15,986 nt of DNA from a virus (Duplodnaviria > Heunggongvirae > Uroviricota > Caudoviricetes): IMG/VR virus record IMGVR_UViG_2636415712_000006; one strand, 5' to 3'. Of this stretch, positions 8,368 to 15,986 are shown piece after piece. The notes below the pieces were generated by a model. The model saw only the letters and a program-made list of their open reading frames with translations. It was not told the DNA's origin and did not search any database. The translations under genes were made by a program, and so were the position numbers. Every line of letters begins with the position of its first letter. Within the stretch, counting starts at the first letter, position 1.

Positions 8368-8724
8368 TCAGTGGAGATCGCCTTTTTTGATAGTGCTGGC
8401 ATCAAAATCAGAACCGAGATTAACGGTCACGTAGCCACGCTTCATGGCGTCGCCCGGGAAGTTCTTGCCTGTTCCCACCTGGCGAACCATGTCCGGCTGC
8501 GACGTGGTCGGATAAGGGCGCACGTAGATCCCCTTCACCTTGTCTGCGGTATCACCATCTGCCAGCGGCACGAAAAAACCGTCATCATCGTATTTACCAG
8601 CCAGGCCATAGGCAGCGAAGGCGTTATCGGATTTAAGGACCACCGGTTCGACGGTTAAGTCCTGCGGGCGAGAGACAGCCCCGGCAATGCCAACAGGCAT
8701 CCGGTACAGAAATACATTATTCAT
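8368..8724 (-). CDS. Small phage head protein (118 aa as read; possibly a longer protein interrupted at an A6 run, see findings)
   Basis: ORF starts 4 nt after the stop of the upstream gene (translational coupling). The +1 frame beyond its stop stays open for 50 more codons, ending 12 nt before the capsid-like start. Confidence 0.6.
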   Translation of the reverse strand: MNNVFLYRMPVGIAGAVSRPQDLTVEPVVLKSDNAFAAYGLAGKYDDDGFFVPLADGDTADKVKGIYVRPYPTTSQPDMVRQVGTGKNFPGDAMKRGYVTVNLGSDFDASTIKKGDLH

Positions 8725-8727
8725 TTT

Positions 8728-9948
8728 TTACCCTTTACGGTTTGCCCAGAATTCAGCGTTTTGTTTGTTCAGGGAAGCGATACTGGTCATGCCCATGTTT
8801 AGGCGCTGTGCATCGCCGGTGGTGGCGCGGGTGTTTCGCCCTTTGGCAACCTCAGACACGGCATTAAACGCCATGTCGACCGATTGTTTCGGTAATTTGC
8901 GGATATCCGCATCACCGACTATCTGGCGAACCAGCGTTTTGTCAGCAGAAGCCAGAACCTCGCGTTTGAACGCGGTCGGTTTCATCTTACGGCTCAGATC
9001 GATACCCGGAACGATAACTTCGGCACGCCAGGCTGAGTCACCAGTAATCGTGGTTTCCTCTTCATCGTCCTCGCCGTCACCGGTCGGATTATCGTCAGGC
9101 TTATTATCGTTATCGCCCGTGGCATTTCTTTCCAGCTTAGCCAGCAGGGCTTTCAGTAATGTTTTGAGGTCATCATCACTGTCGCCGGTTGGATCTCCGC
9201 CCATCTCTGGTGCTTTGTCCGGTAGTGGTTGCTGCGGGGACAGGTTGATGTTGAGATTAACGCCCTGCGGCAAATCCCCCTCATCTCCTGTAACCGATGC
9301 GGGAGCCGACTCCACCAGTTCGTTCATGGTGTCGGCATCTCCTGTCTTGATGGCCGCACGCATGCGGTTCCACCAGTTTTTCTTTTGATTTGCCATTGTG
9401 TCTCTGTCTCCAATTGCACAACGATTTCCGGCTCTGCCTTTAGGGACAAGAGCCACATGGTTTCCGGTAATATCGACCTGCTCGGCTTTACCTGGCTCGG
9501 TCTGCTCGTACTCCGCGTCATAGCCGCACGACACTTCGCGCAGGCCATCTTCGATAAGCTGAATGGCGCTTTCGTCTTTGACGATAAGGTCAGCCAGCAT
9601 CAAATCAGACTGCTCACCCGTCCCGCGCCGGACATTCTGGAGGTGCCCGACAGCAAGCACTTTCCAGTTCTCGGGATTTACCAGCCGCACATTCCCGTTT
9701 TCATCTTCAGGATGCAGGATCGTGATGCTCATCCCTTCGAATGAGGCAAGCGTGGCCGGATGGAATACCTGCTCAGGAGAACGCGTGACGACTATTTCAA
9801 CGAACTTATCGGGTTTCAGTTTTGGCAGGTCATCAGCACCATAGAGCTGCTTACCTGTTCGTCCTATCGGCACGTCTTTGCACAGCAACGAGCCGTCAGC
9901 CAGGCGGTATCGGGTTTCCCCGAGCCTGGTCTCAAAAAAGTATTTCAT
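8728..9948 (-). CDS. Putative head scaffolding / maturation protein (DUF2213-like) with acidic low-complexity central region
   Basis: 406-aa ORF immediately downstream of the MuF-like gene (3-nt spacer). Central D/E/G/T-rich stretch (TGDSDDDL...NPTGDGEDDEEETT), typical of scaffold proteins. Family assignment is from memory and unverified. Confidence 0.6.
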   Translation of the reverse strand: MKYFFETRLGETRYRLADGSLLCKDVPIGRTGKQLYGADDLPKLKPDKFVEIVVTRSPEQVFHPATLASFEGMSITILHPEDENGNVRLVNPENWKVLAVGHLQNVRRGTGEQSDLMLADLIVKDESAIQLIEDGLREVSCGYDAEYEQTEPGKAEQVDITGNHVALVPKGRAGNRCAIGDRDTMANQKKNWWNRMRAAIKTGDADTMNELVESAPASVTGDEGDLPQGVNLNINLSPQQPLPDKAPEMGGDPTGDSDDDLKTLLKALLAKLERNATGDNDNKPDDNPTGDGEDDEEETTITGDSAWRAEVIVPGIDLSRKMKPTAFKREVLASADKTLVRQIVGDADIRKLPKQSVDMAFNAVSEVAKGRNTRATTGDAQRLNMGMTSIASLNKQNAEFWANRKG

Positions 9949-9951
9949 GGG

Positions 9952-10734
9952 TTATGCTGCCCTTTTCATTGCGAATGGAACGCGAACAAACACGATCTCT
10001 TTATAGCAGCGGCAGTTTGGCAGCTCGCCCGCGTGGCCGGTCATGCCGTCCAAAGTTGGAGGTGAATCCCAGCGGACGAATTTACCTTTCATGTGATCGT
10101 GGGAATCTCGGACATCGCCATCATCGGCTGTACGCCAAATATAACCATCCGAGCCAATAGCTATCGCTCGGGCCATATCCAGCGCGCCCGTTGCTCTTCC
10201 CAGTTCCGTTCGGGCAATCAGATCGGCCCTAGACTTAGCAACATCGCCGGTAGATGCAATCTCTTTAGCAAACTGCTCCGCCCGACCACCGGTGACAACA
10301 GCCTCTATCGCTTTGTTCTGGATGTCGTACACCCTGTCTGCGGCCTCGAGAGGCAGAGATTTGATGTACTTGACCTGTTCGGCGATGATGGATTGCATCA
10401 CCTGGCCCACAGGAGCGCTTTCCACAAGATTGCGGAGCTCGCGACTGATGTTCTTGCTGTGTTGCCGCCAAACTTTCTCGTTCTGCCGGGTTAGGTCCGC
10501 AGTAAAGTTTTCCGCGACCTTTGTCGCCCAGGGGGTGATGATTTCACTGTAACGCTCCAGCGCCGCAATAATTTCCGTGATACTGTCATTTGAACCATCG
10601 TAGCGACCATTTACGATGTCTCCGACCGCCCTCGCTATCCTGCGTAGGCTGGTTCGATACCGGATTTCCGCCTGACGGCTCCTGCGGTTCGTCATCAGGT
10701 TCGCCGATGCCGGGCGGCGCTTCATCTTCGGCAT
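9952..10734 (-). CDS. Phage head morphogenesis protein, Mu F / SPP1 gp7 family
   Basis: 260-aa ORF directly after the portal gene. The C-terminal region (...DSHDHMKGKFVRWDSPPTLDGMTGHAGELPNCRCY...) resembles the MuF-family domain with a conserved Cys pair. GAGGA 8 nt upstream of the ATG at 10734. Confidence 0.7.
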   Translation of the reverse strand: MPKMKRRPASANLMTNRRSRQAEIRYRTSLRRIARAVGDIVNGRYDGSNDSITEIIAALERYSEIITPWATKVAENFTADLTRQNEKVWRQHSKNISRELRNLVESAPVGQVMQSIIAEQVKYIKSLPLEAADRVYDIQNKAIEAVVTGGRAEQFAKEIASTGDVAKSRADLIARTELGRATGALDMARAIAIGSDGYIWRTADDGDVRDSHDHMKGKFVRWDSPPTLDGMTGHAGELPNCRCYKEIVFVRVPFAMKRAA

Positions 10735-12052
10735 TCTCGATGTCCTCGTTGGTAATGGATGCCCCTATGCCGGTTACGTCAGAATTTTCTCGCAAATCAG
10801 TCATAGCGGCTTTCAGTGTCATCAGACCATCACCCAGCGCCGTACTGATTGCGTTGGTGGTGTTTAACGCCACCGTTGAGCGATCGACATCAGACATTTG
10901 CCAGAGCGGGTTAAACTCAAACGTGAAATCGTCCGGCAGCGGCTTGCCAAGTTCCGAACGATGCATGATGTCCAGTATCCGCCGCACCGGAAGACGTAAA
11001 CGCCTCTCCTGCAACGAACTGATGCGATCGTAATAGTTGGCAAGGTCTGCATCACCGGTAGAAAATCCTTTCGGGGACTGTCCGAACAACCGCACCAGTG
11101 GGATACCAACAGCGCCACTAATCTGTTCTGCAAACTGCGAAAGGATGTCATCCAGACCACTGAAGCTGTACTGATGGGTTTCAAACTTATCCCGCGAGTC
11201 CATGAGCGTCATGCCTTCATTACTCTGGAACTGTCGAATCAGGTCGATATTCTTCAGCAACGCTTCATACGCAGGACCACCAAGTGCGATAAGCTCGCGT
11301 AGCTTCTCCACGCTGTAGGTACGCAAATGCGCCTTGTAGACCAGCTGCGCCGCGCCGACAGTAGCGCTGTCGAACGCGGTAAGACGATCCCAGATACGCT
11401 CTACAACCGACATTCCCCATTCGTTCTCGGTCATCTTCTGCTGAAATGGCAACGTGACGCCATCAAAGCGAATCAGGCGACTGTGATGAATGCGCCAGGC
11501 AGGAATTCCCGTTGCTGTGGTCACCACATCGTAAAACTCAGGTTTACCCAGGTCCGGCCCCATATCTTTAATGCGGCGGGTCAGTGCCGGGTCGACCATC
11601 CAGCGGTCGAGCGGGAGAATCCCCTTAAACTTGCCCTTACCGATGGTTTCGGGTCGCAGCGGGGTCATTGGTGCCTGCCCCTCAATCATGATGAAACCCA
11701 CCGCGCCGCCGTAGAGGCGCGACCATTTCAGCACGTCATTCAGCGCATCCCAGATTTGCAACTCATCCAGTTGTGATTCGAGAATGCCACGATCTTTTGC
11801 ATCAATTTCCGAAGTGATGCGAATGCCTTTGCGGGTCATATCATCCGGGATAGCATCGACTGCTTCGCCGATGATCCAGGATGAACGATAGGACCATTCC
11901 ACCAGCATGCGGTTACGACTGGTGAAATTAGCCCGGTAGGTGGATGCTGAGTGCTGGTTAGGTGTCTGCATCCCTACTCGGGCAATAAAATTCTCATAAC
12001 CATCAGCTGTGGCCTGCACAGTTCGCCGCAGGGCTTGTTTGTTTCGTGCCAT
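10586..12052 (-). CDS. Phage portal protein
   Basis: 488-aa ORF immediately following the terminase large subunit with a TGATG stop/start overlap at 12050-12054. Acidic/proline-rich C-terminal tail. Size and position are typical of portals. Confidence 0.7.
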   Translation of the reverse strand: MARNKQALRRTVQATADGYENFIARVGMQTPNQHSASTYRANFTSRNRMLVEWSYRSSWIIGEAVDAIPDDMTRKGIRITSEIDAKDRGILESQLDELQIWDALNDVLKWSRLYGGAVGFIMIEGQAPMTPLRPETIGKGKFKGILPLDRWMVDPALTRRIKDMGPDLGKPEFYDVVTTATGIPAWRIHHSRLIRFDGVTLPFQQKMTENEWGMSVVERIWDRLTAFDSATVGAAQLVYKAHLRTYSVEKLRELIALGGPAYEALLKNIDLIRQFQSNEGMTLMDSRDKFETHQYSFSGLDDILSQFAEQISGAVGIPLVRLFGQSPKGFSTGDADLANYYDRISSLQERRLRLPVRRILDIMHRSELGKPLPDDFTFEFNPLWQMSDVDRSTVALNTTNAISTALGDGLMTLKAAMTDLRENSDVTGIGASITNEDIENAEDEAPPGIGEPDDEPQEPSGGNPVSNQPTQDSEGGRRHRKWSLRWFK

Positions 12053-12785
12053 CAGGCCTGTCTCCCCAGCTGTTCCCAGATATCCAGCGATGTATCGATT
12101 GGCGCGAAGGCCATAATGAATGCATCAGCAACGTTTGGTGACGGTATCTCGCGTTTTGCGAGGTCTTTTTTACTTTCGACCATCACACGTCCGTTACGGT
12201 CGAAATCACGATGAGGTGTTGTCAGTTCCAGTTTCAGCTTTTCAAGCAACGGACAACGAGAATCTATGCTGATCAGCTCATCCACAGGATACTGTTCTCC
12301 GTTGTTAATGGCGTTAAACGTATTTCTGAAACGGTCAGCCACCATGCCTGAGCCTTAAGATTTGCGAAAAAGTCTTTGTTGGGGATGCCGTTGTACTCGT
12401 CATCTGGCTCATGCACACCAGCACCGGCGTTAAACCTCTGGTAATTCACACGTCGCGCGTATGCGTTCTCGCTCTTCCGGTCAGCGTTAATTTCAGAGAA
12501 TTTAGCACCGGCAGACGCACCAACACCGATAGAGTCGTAAACAATATCTGCTTCACGCTCCAGCGCCGCCTGATAAGTACGCTGGCAGCTCTTCAGTAAT
12601 TCATCTTCTTTGGCCTTCCATTCGTCGGCCCAGAAAACAACGGATCCGTGACGGTAAACGTTAGCGCACTTATCTGTACCACTGTCAGCCACGTCAAAGC
12701 CAATACGCTTTCTTCCACTGGGTTCGAAATTTAACGTTTTGTGCGCATCCACTGCGGCTTCTATCCAAGACAGTTTGATGATTGC
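12052..12785 (-). pseudogene. Terminase large subunit, C-terminal nuclease portion (downstream of the IS2 insertion), containing an internal frameshift
   Basis: Frame A (12276..12785) reads AIIKLSWIEAAVDAHKTLNFEPSGRKRIGFDVADSGTDKCA...KDFFANLKAQAWW, a nuclease-domain-like sequence. It switches to frame B (12052..12354: ...VADRFRNTFNAINNGEQYPVDELISID...NVADAFIMAFAPID...) around 12336-12348. Both pieces look like one terminase C-terminus. Confidence 0.7.
12781..12785. repeat. IS2 target-site duplication, left copy (ATTGC)
   Basis: ATTGC immediately flanks the IS2 terminus at 12786 and is repeated at 14117-14121 on the other side. Confidence 0.8.
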
Positions 12786-12796
12786 TGGATTTGCCC

Positions 12797-13702
12797 CTAT
12801 ATTTCCAGACATCTGTTATCACTTAACCCATTACAAGCCCGCTGCCGCAGATATTCCCGTGGCGAGCGATAACCCAGCGCACTATGCGGATGCCATTCGT
12901 TATAATGCTCGAACGCCTCTGCAAGGTTCTTTGCTGCCGTTAACCCGTCTGGTTTGGGCATGATACTGATGTAGTCACGCTTTATCGTTTTCACGAAGCT
13001 CTCTGCTATTCCGTTACTCTCCGGACTCCGCACCGCCGTGTTCTTCGGTTCAAGTCCCAACATCCGGGCGAACTGGCGTGTTTCATTAGCCCGGTAGCAT
13101 GAACCATTATCCGTCAGCCACTCCACTGGAGACGACGGAAGATCGTTGCCGAAGCGGCGTTCCACCGCTCCCAGCATGACGTCCTGTACTGTTTCACTGT
13201 TGAAGCCGCCGGTAGTCACCGCCCAGTGCAGTGCCTCACGATCACAGCAGTCCAGCGCGAACGTGACACGCAGTCTCTCTCCGTTATCACAGCAGAACTC
13301 GAACCCGTCAGAGCACCATCGCTGATTGCTTTCTTTCACGGCCACTCTGCCTGTATGTGCCCGTTTCGATGGCGGTACAGCAGGTTTTCGCTCAAGCAAC
13401 AGCGCATTCTGGCGCATGAGCCGGTAAACACGTTTGGCATTGATCGCAGGCATACCATCAAGTTCTGCCTGTCTGCGAAGCAGCGCCCATACCCGACGAT
13501 AACCATACGTGGGCAGCTCTCCGATAACATGGTGTATACGGAGAAGCACATCCGTATCATCAGTGTGACGACTGCGGCGGCCATCCATCCAGTCATCGGT
13601 TCGTCTGAGAATGACGTGCAACTGCGCACGCGACACCCGGAGACAACGGCTGACTAAGCTTACTCCCCATCCCCGGGCAATAAGGGCGCGTGCGCTATCC
13701 AC
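12797..13702 (-). CDS. insD: IS2 transposase InsD (OrfB, DDE integrase core)
   Basis: 301-aa [37 protein letters not shown]...; matches my memory of IS2 InsD. Confidence 0.9.
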
Positions 13703-14025
13703 TTTTTTGCCCGTCCATATTCAACGGCTTCTTTGAGGAGTTCATTTTCCATCGTTTTCTTGCCGAGCAGGCGCTGGAGTTCTTTAATCTGCTTCATGGC
13801 GGCAGCAAGTTCAGAGGCAGGAACAACCTGTTCTCCGGCGGCCACAGCAGTAAGACTTCCTTCCTGGTATTGCTTACGCCAGAGAAATAACTGGCTGGCT
13901 GCTACACCATGTTGCCGGGCAACGAGGGAGACCGTCATCCCCGGTTCAAAGCTCTGCTGAACAATTGCGATCTTTTCCTGTGTGGTACGCCGTCTGCGTT
14001 TCTCCGGCCCTAAGACATCAATCAT
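13660..14025 (-). CDS. insC: IS2 InsC (OrfA)
   Basis: Start taken at the internal Met giving [40 protein letters not shown]... (121 aa), the canonical InsC. The ORF track extends it 15 codons upstream to 14070. Confidence 0.9.
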
Positions 14026-14116
14026 CTGTTCTCCAATGACTAGTCTAAAAACTAGTATTAAGACTATCACTTAAATAAGTGATACTGGTTGTCTGGAGAT
14101 TCAGGGGGCCAGTCTA

Positions 14117-14121
14117 ATTGC
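14117..14121. repeat. IS2 target-site duplication, right copy (ATTGC)
   Basis: See left copy at 12781-12785. Confidence 0.8.
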
Positions 14122-14808
14122 CGCATCATCATCAGACTCCGGAACGCCCTCATACACATGTTTAAAACCATCCGGATCACGGCGTCGCGCCGCGTCGATA
14201 ACCTTAAGCATGGTGTCAGACAGAAACGGATTTTCGTCATAGTTAATTTTGCGGATGAGAGTGCCTTCGGGCGGATCAACAACGAAGTTGCGCCAGACGA
14301 AATCAGTAACAAGTCCGGGGTTGAATATGAACCAGCATTCCGAACCCTCTTTACGGATCGTTGGCTCCAGAATTTTCCACTGGTATTCCGTCAGTGCGTG
14401 GGCTTCTTCCAGCCACAACATATCGATCCCCTCCAGTGACTTAATTTCTTCGATGTTGCGCCATAATCCATAAAAAACAAATTCCGAGCCAGTAACCCGG
14501 TTAATGATTTTGTTGTTCAGAATACGGAAACGGTGCCGCAGACCAAACCTGTCTATCTGAATTTTGAGCAGGGTATACACCGACTCTTCGATTTTATTCT
14601 GGATCTGACGGGCACAACAAAAACGCAGGGTGTATTTATTCGACAGAAATATGGCAATGCCAGCGGCATCCCATGATTTTGACGATGACCGACCACCATA
14701 AAGCACTTTGTTACGTGCCCGCATAGTCCAGAAACTACGTAAAGCCGGATTCAGCGTCGGTTTGGATGTCAGAGTAGAAGTCATTGAGGTCACGCTCTCC
14801 ATTGCCAT
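14117..14808 (-). pseudogene. Terminase large subunit, N-terminal ATPase portion (upstream of the IS2 insertion)
   Basis: Minus-strand frame reads MAMESVTSMTSTLTSKPTLNPALRSFWTMRARNKVLYGGRSSSKSWDAAGIAIFL... with Walker A-like GGRSSSKS and Walker B-like IDMLWLEEA, then runs into the IS2 end at 14116. The ATG at 14806-14808 directly abuts the IS911 terminus at 14810. Confidence 0.75.
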
Positions 14809-14817
14809 CTGAAGTGG

Positions 14818-15986
<1,169 letters not shown>

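Larger units (their letters stand above)
12786..14116 (-). mobile_element. IS2 (IS3 family), complete 1331-bp copy inserted in the terminase large subunit gene
   Basis: Termini TGGATTTGCCCCTATATTTCCAGACATCTGTTATCACTTAA (12786-) and ...TTAAATAAGTGATACTGGTTGTCTGGAGATTCAGGGGGCCAGTCTA (-14116) match my memory of IS2 ends. insC/insD are recognisable. Length 1331 bp; flanked by 5-bp direct repeat ATTGC. Confidence 0.9.

Noticed and set aside
8687-9388. 233-aa plus-strand Ser/Pro-rich ORF
   Set aside because: It is the antisense shadow of the acidic low-complexity region of the scaffold-like gene (8728..9948). Complementing GAT/GAA-rich codons yields Ser/Leu-rich frames; it is not an independent gene.
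9229-10494. Several 100-170-aa plus-strand ORFs (9229..9744, 9760..10065, 9822..10160, 10093..10494)
   Set aside because: All are embedded antisense within the tightly packed minus-strand head genes and lack ribosome-binding sites; they are considered spurious.
7282-12052. Assigning the head module confidently to Mu itself (H, F, I, Z, T)
   Set aside because: Gene order resembles Mu's (portal, F, scaffold, small protein, capsid), but there is no G-like gene between the F-like and scaffold-like genes, and I cannot verify sequence similarity without a search. It is left as Mu-like or unrelated.

Overview
This window reads as an Escherichia/Shigella-type chromosomal segment carrying an IS-riddled, defective composite prophage; I do not see a convincing novel system in it. 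All identifications are from reading the sequence and ORF track and from memory of the families; no searches were run. Host genes pagP (1-561, -) and dcuC (1149-2534, +) are intact. The next gene, dpiA (citB), survives only as a 3' remnant (2575-2916, -), cut at 2916/2917 by the left end of a Mu-like transposable prophage. That prophage keeps its attL end, a c-type repressor, ner, and a transposase A gene that is truncated after codon 544 by IS600 (5778-7041). Beyond IS600 is a tightly packed phage head/packaging module on the opposite strand: terminase large subunit, portal, MuF-like protein, scaffold-like protein, small head protein, capsid-like protein, and one more gene cut by IS600. The terminase gene is split by IS2 (12786-14116, perfect 5-bp duplication ATTGC), frameshifted near 12340, and abutted at its start by IS911 (14810 to window end). 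The points most worth a second look are the IS600 junction without a matching target duplication (implying rearrangement), a possible frameshift or recoding site in a small head gene (8235-8392), and the retained repressor/ner immunity module.
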